Source: an uncultured Pseudobdellovibrionaceae bacterium (lineage in GTDB: Bacteria > Pseudomonadota > Alphaproteobacteria > Micavibrionales > Micavibrionaceae). Taken from it: a stretch of 64,000 nt of DNA. Below the pieces are notes generated by a model, which saw only the letters and a list, made by a program, of their open reading frames with translations, ran no database searches and had not been told where the DNA came from. Each line of letters opens with the position of its first letter. The first letter of the stretch is position 1. This document shows positions 1 through 10,693 of the stretch, piece by piece. The position numbers and the translations under genes are program-made. The stretch spans positions 490 to 64,489 of the forward strand of contig CAZTBB010000007.1 in assembly GCA_964611755.1 (NCBI GenBank), given 5' to 3'.

Positions 1-1032
1 CCCGATGACATTTATGTATCACCATCCCAGGTGCGCCGCTTTGGCTTGCGTACAGGTGATATCGTTGAGGGGGAAATCCGTGCACCAAAAGATTCCGAGC
101 GTTATTTTGCGCTCTTACGTGTATCTACGATTAATGGGGAATCTCCGGATAAGATCCGTCACCGTATTAACTTTGATAACCTCACGCCGCTCTATCCCGA
201 GCGCAAGATAAAGCTTGAGCTTGATGATCCGACGAAAAATGACAAGCTCCAGCGCGTGATTGAATTAACATCCCCGATTGGCTTCGGCCAGCGCGCCTTG
301 ATTGTGGCCCCGCCTAGAACGGGTAAAACAGTGATGCTGCAAAATATTGCAACATCGATTGCGGCCAATCACCCTGATTCGTATTTGATCGTTCTGTTGA
401 TTGACGAGCGTCCGGAAGAGGTGACTGATATGGCACGTACCGTTCGCGGTGAGGTGATTTCCTCTACATTCGATGAGCCGGCATCCCGCCACGTGCAGGT
501 TGCGGAAATGGTGATGGAAAAGGCCAAGCGTTTGGTTGAACACAAGCGTGATGTCATTATCTTACTGGACTCTATCACCCGTTTGGCGCGTGCGTATAAC
601 ACGGTTGTGCCATCATCCGGTAAAGTTTTGACCGGTGGTGTGGATGCCAATGCGCTCCAGCGTCCAAAGCGATTCTTTGGTGCGGCACGTAATATCGAAC
701 AGGGCGGATCTCTGACAATTATCTCGACAGCGTTGATTGATACAGGATCGCGTATGGATGAGGTGATCTTCGAAGAATTTAAGGGAACAGGTAACTCCGA
801 AATCGTTCTTGACCGCAAGATCTCCGATAAGCGTGTCTTCCCTGCGATTGATATTCAAAAATCAGGGACACGTAAAGAAGAGCTTTTGGTCGGCAAAGAC
901 ATGCTCCAGAAAATGTGGGTCTTGCGCCGTATTCTTAATCCGATGGGCACAGTCGATGCGGTTGAATTCCTTCTTGGCAAGATGAAAGAGACCAAGAATA
1001 ATGACGAATTCTTCAGCTCTATGAACCAGTAA
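1..1032 (+). CDS. rho: Transcription termination factor Rho, C-terminal ~343 aa (5' end outside window)
   Basis: Frame 1 is open from nt 1 ([20 protein letters not shown]...). Rho-type motifs: Walker A 'APPRTGKT', '[10 protein letters not shown]', '[13 protein letters not shown]', '[22 protein letters not shown]'. Confidence 0.96.
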   Translation, partial: PDDIYVSPSQVRRFGLRTGDIVEGEIRAPKDSERYFALLRVSTINGESPDKIRHRINFDNLTPLYPERKIKLELDDPTKNDKLQRVIELTSPIGFGQRALIVAPPRTGKTVMLQNIATSIAANHPDSYLIVLLIDERPEEVTDMARTVRGEVISSTFDEPASRHVQVAEMVMEKAKRLVEHKRDVIILLDSITRLARAYNTVVPSSGKVLTGGVDANALQRPKRFFGAARNIEQGGSLTIISTALIDTGSRMDEVIFEEFKGTGNSEIVLDRKISDKRVFPAIDIQKSGTRKEELLVGKDMLQKMWVLRRILNPMGTVDAVEFLLGKMKETKNNDEFFSSMNQ

Positions 1033-1288
1033 ATCGGCCTTTATCCTTCTCTTGCACAGGCATTTCAGGACGGATATCTAAAATTTTATCGTTATTTGAG
1101 TGACTTACGCCATAAATTCGAAACGAAAATGGTTGATAGTTATGTCAAATCATGATGAGATGAAGATAGGAGTTCACGTTTTTTATCAGGACTGGTTTAG
1201 GCACATGACATAAGAGATTTTATGCCTTGATCCTGTTTAGTAACAGAAATGCTATGCATAGGAACATAGTGTTCAAGGGTGGGAGAGA

Positions 1289-1774
1289 ATGGTTCACTTG
1301 GGTGACAATCAAAAGACCGAGCATGTATTTGGCTGTTTGCCGAAAGCTTTACCGATATCACTATCGATTATGGCGATAATACTTGCTTTTACGGCCGGTC
1401 AGGCTTGGTCGGCACTCCCGCAAGACAAAAAAGATAACGTGTTAAGCAATGATATGTCTCAGGACCAGCTGATGTTTTTGCTATCAGTCGCAGGACGTTG
1501 CCTGCCCGAGATGATGACACTAGAAAGGACAATGACACAATCATTTGATACGGTTTTTCGGTCCCCAGCCGAAAAAAACACTTTGCGCCAAGGGCATATT
1601 GATTTTGGGATTTGCATACCTCTGTCCCCATTGATCAAAACGCGTAAATCCGAAAATGATATGCCACAGCCAGAAGCTGATCCTCGACAGCAAATGGTGC
1701 GCTTTAATGCGATGTGTAATCAATATGAATCACATGGCATTGGCAAACATAGCTCGTGGAAATCCCATGTCTGA
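1289..1774 (+). CDS. Hypothetical small protein, possibly secreted (internal start near 1370 gives signal-like MAIILAFTAGQAWSA)
   Basis: 161-aa ORF in an otherwise empty gap, followed by a hairpin plus T-run at 1837-1878. No recognisable motif. Confidence 0.35.
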   Translation: MVHLGDNQKTEHVFGCLPKALPISLSIMAIILAFTAGQAWSALPQDKKDNVLSNDMSQDQLMFLLSVAGRCLPEMMTLERTMTQSFDTVFRSPAEKNTLRQGHIDFGICIPLSPLIKTRKSENDMPQPEADPRQQMVRFNAMCNQYESHGIGKHSSWKSHV

Positions 1775-1836
1775 CTCACTTTCATGAGCTTACTGGGCGT
1801 AAAGAAAACTTAAATGCATCTTCCTCTTGCATTGCT

Positions 1837-1878
1837 GGTCGCGTCCGAGTTGTACCCCTCTCGGAGCGACCTTTTTTC
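1837..1878 (+). terminator. Putative intrinsic terminator
   Basis: Imperfect GC-rich hairpin ggtcgcgtccgag...ctcggagcgacc followed by TTTTTT. Confidence 0.5.
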
Positions 1879-1881
1879 TTT

Positions 1882-2589
1882 TTATTTCAATGCTTTCGCC
1901 AGAAATTCATCCGTGCGGCCATTTGCCAGGGCGGCGGCCTCGGCGTTGTAATGCATGCCATTGCCGCGCGCAAAAGCGTGATCCAGCCCGGCATAGTGAT
2001 AGGTCTCGGCGGTCTCTACATCATCCATGGCATCCTGAATGTGCTTTTGGGCATCGGCCGGAACAAATTCATCCGCGCCCGCAATATGCATTAAAAGAGG
2101 CTTGGTGATGGATGCGGCCTTATCGAGCATGGCCTCAATGCCAACCCCGTAATAGCTTACGCTGGCGTCAATATCTGTATCGGTGGCCATCATGTAAGCA
2201 AGCTTGCCGCCAAGACAGTACCCAACGCAGCCGACTTTGCCATTGCCCTTTTTGTGGTTGCGCATATATCCGAGCGTTGTTTTTAAATCTTCCATGCCCT
2301 GGACTTGGTCAAATTCTCCAAAAAGCTGAAAGGCGCGTTGCAGCTCTTCCTCTACATTATCGGTGAGCTGGATGCCCGGCTCGATGCGCCAGAAAAGATC
2401 AGGGCAAATGGCCACATAGCCTTGCGCGGCCATGTGATCACATTTTTCACGCATTTCATGGTTCACACCAAAGATTTCCTGAATCATAATGACCGCGCCG
2501 GCTGGCGTGGTTTCGGGGTATGAGATATACGCGCTGAAGGCGCCGCCATCATAGGCTGGAATTTTAATCTCTTCGCTTTGTTGGCTCAT
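1882..2589 (-). CDS. Dienelactone hydrolase family protein (carboxymethylenebutenolidase-like)
   Basis: 235 aa. DLH-like N-terminus 'GAVIMIQEIFGVN', nucleophile-elbow region 'GCVGYCLGGKLA', C-terminal 'DHAF'. Confidence 0.88.
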   Translation of the reverse strand: MSQQSEEIKIPAYDGGAFSAYISYPETTPAGAVIMIQEIFGVNHEMREKCDHMAAQGYVAICPDLFWRIEPGIQLTDNVEEELQRAFQLFGEFDQVQGMEDLKTTLGYMRNHKKGNGKVGCVGYCLGGKLAYMMATDTDIDASVSYYGVGIEAMLDKAASITKPLLMHIAGADEFVPADAQKHIQDAMDDVETAETYHYAGLDHAFARGNGMHYNAEAAALANGRTDEFLAKALK

Positions 2590-2655
2590 TTTATATTCTC
2601 CTTTTGCCTTTCAATGTGATGCAGTGTATAGATTTTAACGGAAAGGATAAAGCCC

Positions 2656-2922
2656 ATGAAAGTGACTTTTGATATAGAATGCACCCCGGAAGAGGCGCGC
2701 CAGTTTTTGGGGCTGCCGGATGTGCGCCCCATGCAAGAAGCGATGATGCAGGAAATTGAAAACCGCATGCGCGATAATCTCAAAACACTCGATCCGGAAA
2801 CATTTATCCAGACATGGATGCCGTTGACCATTCAAAATTGGGGCGAGATGCAAAAAATGTTCTGGGCACAGATGGGTATGAGCTCAGGTGACCAGGCCTC
2901 ACCATCGTCCAAGAAAGACTAA
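2656..2922 (+). CDS. Small conserved hypothetical protein, translationally coupled to mnmE
   Basis: 88-aa ORF. Its TAA stop overlaps the mnmE ATG (TAATG at 2920-2924). No known motif recognised. Confidence 0.6.
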   Translation: MKVTFDIECTPEEARQFLGLPDVRPMQEAMMQEIENRMRDNLKTLDPETFIQTWMPLTIQNWGEMQKMFWAQMGMSSGDQASPSSKKD

Positions 2923-4262
2923 TGGATACAATATTTGCATTGGCAACGCCCCAAGGGCGCTCTGGTGTGGCTGTTATTCGGGTCTCAGGGCCTGCATCAT
3001 ATGAAAGCCTGAGTGCTTTAAGCGGTCTGGATGTGTCATCTATCGTTCCGCGTCAATCTGTTCTTAGGGCTTTAAGACACCCCGTTTCACGTGAAACAAT
3101 TGATCATGCGCTTGTTCTGCCCTTCAAGGCACCCGCCAGTTTTACCGGTGAAGATGTTGTCGAATATCATCTGCACGGCAGCAAGGCCATTATCCAAGAG
3201 ATGCTGGCGGTATTGGCCGCACAGAGCAATCACCGCATGGCCGAGCCCGGTGAATTTACCCGTCGGGCGTTTGAAAATGGCAAAATGGACCTGACAGAAG
3301 CCGAGGCCGTTGCCGATTTGATCGATGCGGAGACCGCTTTGCAAAAATCGCAAGCGCTAGACCAGCTTGAGGGCTCATTATCTAAAATTTATCAGGATTG
3401 GACGGAGCGCTTGAAAAAGGCGTTGGCTCATATTGAGGCAGATATAGAGTTTCCGGATGAGGATTTACCGGATGAGGTCTCGCCAGCCATGATCGGCGCT
3501 ATACAGAAAATCCAGCAAGAAATTGCGGCTCATCTGGATGATAATCGCCGCGGCGAGCGTTTGCGCGATGGTGTGCGCATTGCGGTGATTGGGGCGCCGA
3601 ATGCCGGAAAATCAACATTGGTCAACGCGCTGGCACAAAGGGATGTCGCGATAGTATCGGATATGGCTGGCACGACGAGAGATGTTATCGAGGTGCATCT
3701 TGATCTCGGCGGTTATCCCGTCATTTTATCGGATACGGCAGGCTTGCGCCCCGAACAACTTGACCAAGAGGCAAGCGGGCATGATGCGATAGAGGGCGAG
3801 GGCATTCGCAGAGCACTTGATGTAGCGCAGAAGGCAGATTTGAAAATTCTTGTCTTTGATGGCACTCAGGCCCATCCGGATTCAAACACGCTGGTTTTGA
3901 AGGATGAACGTGCATTTTGCGTGATCAATAAAAGTGATAGTGCATCAACCATGGAGATTGAGGGCGCCGTTAAAATTTCGGCGAAAAATGAGACGCATTT
4001 GGATCGGCTTTTAGAGGGCTTAACGTCCAAAATTGAAAGCCAGTTGGGCTCATCAGACGGGCCAAGCTTGACCAGAGCCCGCCACAGAGAGGCTTTGCAG
4101 CGCGCAGAAGAGTGCCTGGCCAGAGCTTTGAAGGCCAGCTTGCCTGAACTTCTTGCGGAGGATTTGCGCCTTTCTGTGCGCGAGATTGGCCGCATCACAG
4201 GCCGTGTTGATGTGGAAGATTTGCTGGATGTGATCTTTAAGGACTTTTGTATTGGCAAATAG
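2922..4262 (+). CDS. mnmE: tRNA modification GTPase MnmE (TrmE)
   Basis: 446 aa. N-terminus 'DTIFALATPQGRSGVAVIRVSG', G1 'GAPNAGKSTL', G3 'DTAGLR', C-terminal 'FCIGK'. Confidence 0.97.
   Translation: MDTIFALATPQGRSGVAVIRVSGPASYESLSALSGLDVSSIVPRQSVLRALRHPVSRETIDHALVLPFKAPASFTGEDVVEYHLHGSKAIIQEMLAVLAAQSNHRMAEPGEFTRRAFENGKMDLTEAEAVADLIDAETALQKSQALDQLEGSLSKIYQDWTERLKKALAHIEADIEFPDEDLPDEVSPAMIGAIQKIQQEIAAHLDDNRRGERLRDGVRIAVIGAPNAGKSTLVNALAQRDVAIVSDMAGTTRDVIEVHLDLGGYPVILSDTAGLRPEQLDQEASGHDAIEGEGIRRALDVAQKADLKILVFDGTQAHPDSNTLVLKDERAFCVINKSDSASTMEIEGAVKISAKNETHLDRLLEGLTSKIESQLGSSDGPSLTRARHREALQRAEECLARALKASLPELLAEDLRLSVREIGRITGRVDVEDLLDVIFKDFCIGK
3083..3098. promoter_or_regulatory. parS-like centromere site (15/16 match, cGTTTCACGTGAAACA)
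   Basis: Near-perfect match to the 16-bp parS palindrome TGTTTCACGTGAAACA. Lies inside mnmE, in frame as VSRET. Confidence 0.6.
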
Positions 4263-4325
4263 CCACGTCTTTTATTTGCAAAAAAACCTAGCAATGAAAC
4301 GCCTTTATCCTGTATAAAACCCGCT

Positions 4326-6236
4326 ATGAGTAACGATTTTGATGTCATTGTAGTTGGGGGCGGCCATGCTGGCTGTGAAGCAGCGGCAGCGGCGGCGCGC
4401 ACGGGCGCGCGCACAGCGCTGTTGACCCATAAGCTCGAGACCATTGGCGTCATGTCGTGTAACCCTGCCATTGGCGGCCTCGGCAAAGGCCATTTGGTGC
4501 GTGAAATTGATGCCCTTGATGGTTTGATGGGCCGCGTTATTGATCGTGCCGGAATCCAATTTCGCATGTTGAATGCCTCAAAGGGGCCGGCCGTGCGGGG
4601 GCCGCGCGCACAGGCGGATCGCAAGCTCTACCGCGAGGCGATGCAGGACATATTGAGTGATTATCCCAATCTTTCCTTGGTTGAGGGGGCGGCAGATGAT
4701 CTGATTTTGGATGATGATGGCGCAATAAAAGGTCTGAGAACGATTGATGGGGTGGAGTATATCTGCCGCACTGTTGTGTTGACGACAGGGACATTTTTGC
4801 GCGGTCTTATTCACCGCGGAGAAGAGAAAATTCCGGCAGGACGCGTGGGCGAGAAGCCAACCATTGGCCTTGCGGAAACTTTAGAGCGCCTGGAATTTCC
4901 GCTGGGACGCCTGAAAACAGGAACACCCGCACGGCTGAACGGGAAGACAATTGATTGGGATGCTTGTGAGGAGCAGCCGGGCGATAATCCGCCCGTGCCG
5001 TTTTCCTATCTCAATAATGCGATTACAGTGCCGCAAATCCCGTGTCACATTACCTATACGAACGAGAAGACCCACGCGATTATTCAAGAGAATATTAATC
5101 GCTCTCCCATGTATTCCGGACAAATTGAGAGCTCGGGCCCGCGCTATTGCCCGTCCATCGAGGATAAAATTGTCCGTTTTGCGGATAAAAATCGCCATCA
5201 GGTATTCTTGGAGCCGGAAGGTCTTGATGATGATACAGTTTACCCTAACGGCATTTCAACCTCACTGCCAACGGAAGTGCAGGACGCCATGATCCGCACA
5301 ATCGCCGGTTTGGAGGATGTTGAGGTTTTTGAATATGGCTATGCGATTGAATATGATTATGTTGATCCACGCGCTTTGAAATCAACATTGGAGACTAAAA
5401 AAATTCCGGGCCTCTTCCTGGCTGGTCAGATTAACGGTACAACCGGTTATGAAGAGGCGGGCGCGCAGGGTTTGATGGCGGGTGTTAATGCCGCTTTGCA
5501 ATCCCGCGCAGATGTTTCACGTGAAACAGCGGATATCTTCACGCTTGACCGTGCAGAGGCTTATATTGGTGTTTTGATTGATGATTTAACCACCCGCGGC
5601 GCGCCAGAACCTTACAGAATGTTTACAAGCCGTGCCGAATATCGCCTGCGCCTGCGCGCCGATAATGCCGATCAGCGCCTAACGGATCGGGGCATTGATG
5701 TAGGATGCGTGGGCTCAGAGCGTGCAGGGCTATGGCTAAGCAAAAAGGCCGCATTGAATGAGGCGCGTGACATGGTGGAAAAGCTTCAGGCGACACCAAA
5801 TGAGCTTGAATCCTATGGGATTGGTGTCAATAAGGATGGTCAGCGTCGCAGCGCGCTGGATCTTATGGCCTATCCCGACATTGATTGGGAGCAATTAGAG
5901 CAGGTTTGGCCAGAGATGAAAGATGTGGCCGCCGATATCCGTGAGCAGATTGAGATTGATGCGCTTTATAAGAATTATATGCAACGCCATGAGGCCGATA
6001 TTGAGGCGTTCCGCAAAGACGAGGCGCTTAAAATTCCAGCAGATATGGATTATAGCGCCGTTGGCAGCTTGTCGAATGAGGTGCGCTCGAAATTAGAGCA
6101 GGCAAAGCCGGAAACCTTGGGCGCGGCCTCACGCATTCCGGGCGTTACGCCGGCTGCTCTTGTGGCGATTTTGCGCTTTGTGAAGCGCGGCAATCATAAG
6201 AAAACATCCGGGGGCAAGGCGCGCAATGTTGCCTGA
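4326..6236 (+). CDS. mnmG: tRNA uridine 5-carboxymethylaminomethyl modification enzyme MnmG (GidA)
   Basis: 636 aa. FAD motif '[15 protein letters not shown]', '[22 protein letters not shown]', '[16 protein letters not shown]'. Confidence 0.98.
   Translation: MSNDFDVIVVGGGHAGCEAAAAAARTGARTALLTHKLETIGVMSCNPAIGGLGKGHLVREIDALDGLMGRVIDRAGIQFRMLNASKGPAVRGPRAQADRKLYREAMQDILSDYPNLSLVEGAADDLILDDDGAIKGLRTIDGVEYICRTVVLTTGTFLRGLIHRGEEKIPAGRVGEKPTIGLAETLERLEFPLGRLKTGTPARLNGKTIDWDACEEQPGDNPPVPFSYLNNAITVPQIPCHITYTNEKTHAIIQENINRSPMYSGQIESSGPRYCPSIEDKIVRFADKNRHQVFLEPEGLDDDTVYPNGISTSLPTEVQDAMIRTIAGLEDVEVFEYGYAIEYDYVDPRALKSTLETKKIPGLFLAGQINGTTGYEEAGAQGLMAGVNAALQSRADVSRETADIFTLDRAEAYIGVLIDDLTTRGAPEPYRMFTSRAEYRLRLRADNADQRLTDRGIDVGCVGSERAGLWLSKKAALNEARDMVEKLQATPNELESYGIGVNKDGQRRSALDLMAYPDIDWEQLEQVWPEMKDVAADIREQIEIDALYKNYMQRHEADIEAFRKDEALKIPADMDYSAVGSLSNEVRSKLEQAKPETLGAASRIPGVTPAALVAILRFVKRGNHKKTSGGKARNVA
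5513..5528. promoter_or_regulatory. parS centromere site (perfect TGTTTCACGTGAAACA)
   Basis: Exact 16-bp palindrome inside mnmG, read as VSRET. Confidence 0.8.
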
Positions 6237-6837
6237 GTATTTCCAGGGTCATCCAGCCGATATTCAGGACAAGCTTGGCGTTTATCATGCCCATCTTTTG
6301 AAATGGCAAAAGGCTATTAATTTGGTGAGCCCGAAGACGATTGGGGATGCATGGCATCGGCATTTTGTTGATTCGGCACAAATTAATGATTTACTCCCTG
6401 AAAATTGCCGCATTCTCTTTGATTTTGGCAGTGGCGCCGGTTTTCCGGCGCTTGTGCTTGCAATTCTTAGGCCGGATATTGACGTGCATATGGTTGAATC
6501 AGATGAGCGAAAGGGACAGTTTCTGCGCACTGTTTCACGTGAAACAAAAACACCGGTGCATATTCATACATGCCGCATTGAGAACCTCGAAACAGAGGCG
6601 ATGCCGGATGTGATTTCGGCGCGCGCGCTGGCTTCCTTGAATGATTTATGTAGCTATGCATTGCCTTACGCGCAGAAAAATCCAGATTTGGAGCTGTTGT
6701 TCTTAAAGGGCGCACAGGCATATGAAGAGATCGAGATAGCGCGGCAAAGCTATGATTTTGATGTGGAATCACAGCCAAGCATGACGGATCCGGCCGCGTC
6801 CATATTGCGGATTATGGGCTTGCGCCCTTGTGAATAA
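6226..6837 (+). CDS. rsmG: 16S rRNA (guanine527-N7)-methyltransferase RsmG (GidB)
   Basis: 203 aa. Overlaps the mnmG end by 11 nt. SAM motif '[18 protein letters not shown]'. Position in the mnmE-mnmG-rsmG-parAB synteny. Confidence 0.94.
   Translation: MLPEYFQGHPADIQDKLGVYHAHLLKWQKAINLVSPKTIGDAWHRHFVDSAQINDLLPENCRILFDFGSGAGFPALVLAILRPDIDVHMVESDERKGQFLRTVSRETKTPVHIHTCRIENLETEAMPDVISARALASLNDLCSYALPYAQKNPDLELLFLKGAQAYEEIEIARQSYDFDVESQPSMTDPAASILRIMGLRPCE
6531..6546. promoter_or_regulatory. parS centromere site (perfect TGTTTCACGTGAAACA)
   Basis: Exact 16-bp palindrome inside rsmG, read as VSRET. Confidence 0.8.
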
Positions 6838-6931
6838 GCCCGCTTTCGCGCAAGCATTTTCTTGACTCTTGCGGGTAAAGAAATCCATTATAACCTCATC
6901 ATTCACATACACATTTCTACAGGATTTTAAC

Positions 6932-7738
6932 ATGAGCACCGCCCTCAAAATGCCGCGCCTTCTTGCTATCGCCAACCAAAAAGGCGGGGTTGGTAAAACA
7001 ACCACAGCTGTGAATTTGGCGACAGCCCTTTGCGCGGTTGGTAAGCGGGTTTTGCTTCTGGATCTGGACCCTCAGGGTAATGCATCCACCGGTCTTGGCG
7101 TGCGCCGCTCCATGATTCGCGAGAGCACCTATGATGTTATTTTTGAGGGCGTGGATGTGACACAGGCGGCGGTAAAAACGCGCGTGCCTAAATTGCATGT
7201 CATCCCATCATCCATCCACCTCTCGGGGGCAGAGATTGAGCTTGTAACGGCCGAGAATAGAGAGTTTCGCTTGCGTGAGGCGCTGCGTAAGCCTTTGCCC
7301 TATGATTATGTTTTGATTGATTGTCCGCCATCATTGAATCTTTTGACGTTGAATGCTTTGGTCGCCGTCGATTCGGTTGTCGTGCCATTGCAATGCGAGT
7401 TTTATGCACTTGAAGGCTTAAGCCATTTGAGCAAAACGATTGAGCGTGTGCGCAAGCATTTCAATCCGGGGCTGACAATTCAGGGCGTTGTTCTCACCAT
7501 GTATGATCGCCGTAATAACTTATCGGCAATGGTGGAGCAGGATGTGCGCGGGCATTTTGGTGATACAGTCTATCGTACTGTGATTCCGCGAAATGTGCGC
7601 TTATCCGAGGCCCCGTCTTATGGCTTGCCGGCCATTGTTTATGATATGCGCTGTCCGGGCTCAAAGGCCTATATTCATCTGGCGAGTGAAGTGATTCAGC
7701 GCGAGCGAAAAATTATGCGTGAGCGCCGCGTAGCATAA
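6932..7738 (+). CDS. parA: Chromosome partitioning ATPase ParA
   Basis: Deviant Walker A 'ANQKGGVGKTTT', 'LLLDLDPQGNAS', 'VLIDCPPSL'. ATG at 6932 preferred over the upstream start of the 289-aa ORF. Confidence 0.95.
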   Translation: MSTALKMPRLLAIANQKGGVGKTTTAVNLATALCAVGKRVLLLDLDPQGNASTGLGVRRSMIRESTYDVIFEGVDVTQAAVKTRVPKLHVIPSSIHLSGAEIELVTAENREFRLREALRKPLPYDYVLIDCPPSLNLLTLNALVAVDSVVVPLQCEFYALEGLSHLSKTIERVRKHFNPGLTIQGVVLTMYDRRNNLSAMVEQDVRGHFGDTVYRTVIPRNVRLSEAPSYGLPAIVYDMRCPGSKAYIHLASEVIQRERKIMRERRVA

Positions 7739-7770
7739 GCGCAGTTATGGTTTAAGAGGGACTTTCAAAA

Positions 7771-8718
7771 ATGAGCGAAGACGATTTTGATGCATTAAAT
7801 CCAAAGAAACGCGGACTTGGGCGAGGCTTAAACGCCCTGTTTGAAGATGATGAAGGTGTGTATCCGCAAGCTGATCCGGATGGTCATACACCTGGCCGTC
7901 AACGCCAGATGATGGGCATTGATCTATTGCATCGCGGTGAGTCACAGCCACGCCGGATGTTTTCTGAGGATAGCATTAACGAGCTTGCCGATTCGATCCG
8001 CCAGCACGGCATTTTGCAGCCAATTCTTGTGCGCCCCGACAAGTTCGATCCGGATCGCTATGAGATTATCGCCGGTGAGCGACGCTGGCAGGCGGCCCAG
8101 AAAGCCCAGCTCCATGAGGTGCCTGTTTTGGTGATGGATATCTCCGATCTTGAGGCCTATGAAATTGCCCTGATTGAGAATTTGCAGCGCGAAGATCTGG
8201 ATCCGGTTGATGAAGCCTTGGCTTATAAAAAACTGATGGATGAGCATGATTACACGCAAGAAAAGCTTGCAGAATCTTTGGGCAAAAGCCGTAGCCATAT
8301 TGCCAATATGGTGCGTTTGTTACAATTGCCCGATGATGTACAAGCGCATTTGGGTGCGGGTGATATCTCGATTGGCCATGCGCGTGCTTTGATTACAGCA
8401 TCCAATGCATCAGCTCTCTGTAAGGACATTATTTCCAAGGGCTTGAGTGTTCGTGATACAGAAAAACTAGCCGCTGGCGAGGCCGGGCGAACAACCAAAA
8501 AAGCGTCTGGCCCATCACCGAAGAAACCAGCAAAGGATCAGGATACAATTGCTCTCGAGCATGAGGTGAGCCAATCACTGGGCATGCGTGTGAGCATTGA
8601 TAGTCCCAATGGCAAAAGCGGAAAATTGGCCATAGAGTTTCGTGACCTTGATCAGCTGGATGATCTTTTACAGCGCCTCTCGCAAGTGCCTGAGCGCTCC
8701 GCGCGCCTCATGGGTTAG
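7771..8718 (+). CDS. parB: Chromosome partitioning protein ParB
   Basis: 315 aa. 'RGLGRGLNALF', ParB box 'IIAGERRWQAA', HTH region 'YTQEKLAESLGKSRSHIANMVRLLQLP'. Confidence 0.95.
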   Translation: MSEDDFDALNPKKRGLGRGLNALFEDDEGVYPQADPDGHTPGRQRQMMGIDLLHRGESQPRRMFSEDSINELADSIRQHGILQPILVRPDKFDPDRYEIIAGERRWQAAQKAQLHEVPVLVMDISDLEAYEIALIENLQREDLDPVDEALAYKKLMDEHDYTQEKLAESLGKSRSHIANMVRLLQLPDDVQAHLGAGDISIGHARALITASNASALCKDIISKGLSVRDTEKLAAGEAGRTTKKASGPSPKKPAKDQDTIALEHEVSQSLGMRVSIDSPNGKSGKLAIEFRDLDQLDDLLQRLSQVPERSARLMG

Positions 8719-8732
8719 GGCAGAGCTCGGTT

Positions 8733-9311
8733 ATGGGCTCGCTTGATCTTGATAGTATCAATCAGATTCTCTTTTGGATCTTTGCCTATTTGATGGCCTG
8801 GAATGCCTATATTCTGTTTTTTAACCGCGGTGTTCCCAATATAAAAACCGCGCCCGCCATTCGCAAAAAAGTGATTGAAATTTTTCATGAGGAGCGCTCC
8901 AAGATAGGCGCTGAGGCTGCATTTCAAATCATTGATCTGGGGGCGGGGAATGGCGATTTTTCCCGTGAGATCGCAAAAAATTTACCGAAGGCACAGATCG
9001 TTGGTTTGGAAATTTCCCGCCTATCCTATAAGCGGGCGCAGCTCATAAATCGATTAAAGCCTCTTGGCAACTTAAGCTTTCAGCGTTGTGATTTTATGGA
9101 GTTTGATTTCCGTGAGGCGGGCGCTGTTTACATGTTTTTGTTGGATAGCATGATGCCGCAAATCAGGGATCAGCTTTGGGAGAGGCTGCCCAAAGGTTGC
9201 TTGGTACTCTCCAATAAATTTCCCCTTGGCGGGCCATGGGAGCCGGAGAGCATCATTGATGTGAAAACCTTGGCGCCCCATCAAAAAACGCTCTATATTT
9301 ATCGCCGATAA
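8733..9311 (+). CDS. Class I SAM-dependent methyltransferase with N-terminal hydrophobic segment
   Basis: 192 aa. Motif I 'IIDLGAGNGDFS', 'IVGLEIS'. Hydrophobic N-terminus 'ILFWIFAYLMAWNAYILFF'. Confidence 0.78.
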   Translation: MGSLDLDSINQILFWIFAYLMAWNAYILFFNRGVPNIKTAPAIRKKVIEIFHEERSKIGAEAAFQIIDLGAGNGDFSREIAKNLPKAQIVGLEISRLSYKRAQLINRLKPLGNLSFQRCDFMEFDFREAGAVYMFLLDSMMPQIRDQLWERLPKGCLVLSNKFPLGGPWEPESIIDVKTLAPHQKTLYIYRR

Positions 9312-9364
9312 AAAATTCCTTTTCTCATTGAAATATCAAGCGCAGCGGCTTACATCTAAACACT

Positions 9365-10693
9365 ATGGAACAGAATATTGATATACCGACATTAACACCG
9401 CGTGAAATTGTCTCGGAGCTTGATCGATTTATTATCGGGCAATCGGATGCCAAAAAGGCCGTTGCAATTGCTTTGCGTAATCGTTGGCGCCGCCGGCAGC
9501 TTGACCCTGAGCTGCAAGAAGAGGTCTACCCTAAAAACATTTTGATGATAGGGCCAACGGGTGTGGGTAAAACCGAGATCGCACGCCGGCTGGCCAAGCT
9601 TGCGCAAGCGCCCTTTGTTAAGGTGGAAGCTACTAAATTTACCGAAGTGGGCTATGTCGGCAAGGATGTGGAATCAATTATCCGTGATTTGATGGAAACC
9701 GCCATCCACATGGTGCGCGAAAAGATGCGTAAATCTGTAATTGCGCAGGCGGAAGTTTATGCTGAAGAGCGCGTTTTGGACGCACTCGTTGGGGATACGG
9801 CCGGTGATGGCACCCGTTCTAATTTCCGCGAGAAGTTGCGCGCCGGTGATCTCAATGATCGTGAGATTGAAATTGAAGTTGCCGATAATGCCAACCCGAT
9901 GAGTGACATGATTGATATTCCGGGCATGCCGGGCGCATCGATGTCGATGGTCTCTATGGGTGATATTTTCGGCAAGGCTTTTGGCGAAAAGAAGAAGAAG
10001 AAAAAGATGAAAGTCTCGGAGAGCTATGAGGTTCTTGTCCGGGATGAGAGCGACAAGCTTTTGGATGAAGATAAGATCCTTGAGAGCGCCCTCGAGCTTG
10101 TGCAGCAAAACGGCATCGTCTTTTTGGATGAAATTGATAAAATTGCCGCGCGCCAGGATACGCGTAGCGGGGATGTTTCCCGCGAGGGGGTACAGCGTGA
10201 TTTGTTGCCTTTGATTGAAGGGACCACCGTATCCACAAAATACGGGCCGATCAAAACCGATCACATTTTGTTCATTGCGAGCGGGGCGTTTCACTATGCG
10301 AAACCCTCGGATCTTTTGGCGGAATTGCAAGGGCGTTTGCCGATCCGCGTTGAATTACGCGCGCTGACCGTTGAGGACTTTAAGTGCATCTTGAAAGACA
10401 CAGAGGCGAGCTTGATCAAGCAATATGTGGCCTTGCTCGGGACAGAAGAGGTCACGCTTGATTTTGATGATGAGGCGATTGACGAGATTGCCCGCCTTGC
10501 CTTTGAGGTGAATGAGAGCGTTGAGAATATCGGCGCGCGTCGCTTGCTTACGGTCTTGGAAAAGCTTTTGGAAGAGATTAGCTTTACGGCAAGTGATCGG
10601 GGCGGCGAGACAATTCAAATCACCGCACAGCTGGTGAAAGATAATGTTGAAGAGCTCAGCAAGTCAGCCGATCTCAGCAAATTTATTCTCTAA
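9365..10693 (+). CDS. hslU: ATP-dependent protease ATPase subunit HslU
   Basis: 442 aa. '[34 protein letters not shown]', Walker A '[15 protein letters not shown]', Walker B '[11 protein letters not shown]', C-terminal 'DLSKFIL'. Confidence 0.97.
   Translation: MEQNIDIPTLTPREIVSELDRFIIGQSDAKKAVAIALRNRWRRRQLDPELQEEVYPKNILMIGPTGVGKTEIARRLAKLAQAPFVKVEATKFTEVGYVGKDVESIIRDLMETAIHMVREKMRKSVIAQAEVYAEERVLDALVGDTAGDGTRSNFREKLRAGDLNDREIEIEVADNANPMSDMIDIPGMPGASMSMVSMGDIFGKAFGEKKKKKKMKVSESYEVLVRDESDKLLDEDKILESALELVQQNGIVFLDEIDKIAARQDTRSGDVSREGVQRDLLPLIEGTTVSTKYGPIKTDHILFIASGAFHYAKPSDLLAELQGRLPIRVELRALTVEDFKCILKDTEASLIKQYVALLGTEEVTLDFDDEAIDEIARLAFEVNESVENIGARRLLTVLEKLLEEISFTASDRGGETIQITAQLVKDNVEELSKSADLSKFIL

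Noticed and set aside
3866-4624. 252-aa minus-strand ORF spanning the mnmE/mnmG junction
   Set aside because: It is antisense to two well-supported conserved genes. The translation is Ser/Ala/Arg/Pro-rich, as is typical of the reverse frame of a GC-rich coding region.
1-9400. Chromosomal replication origin (oriC) or a DnaA-box cluster near the rho-mnmEG-rsmG-parAB genes
   Set aside because: I could not find a cluster of TTATCCACA-like boxes or an AT-rich unwinding element in any intergenic gap here. Only isolated partial matches occur inside genes (e.g. gTATCCACA in hslU). The origin is probably outside the window.
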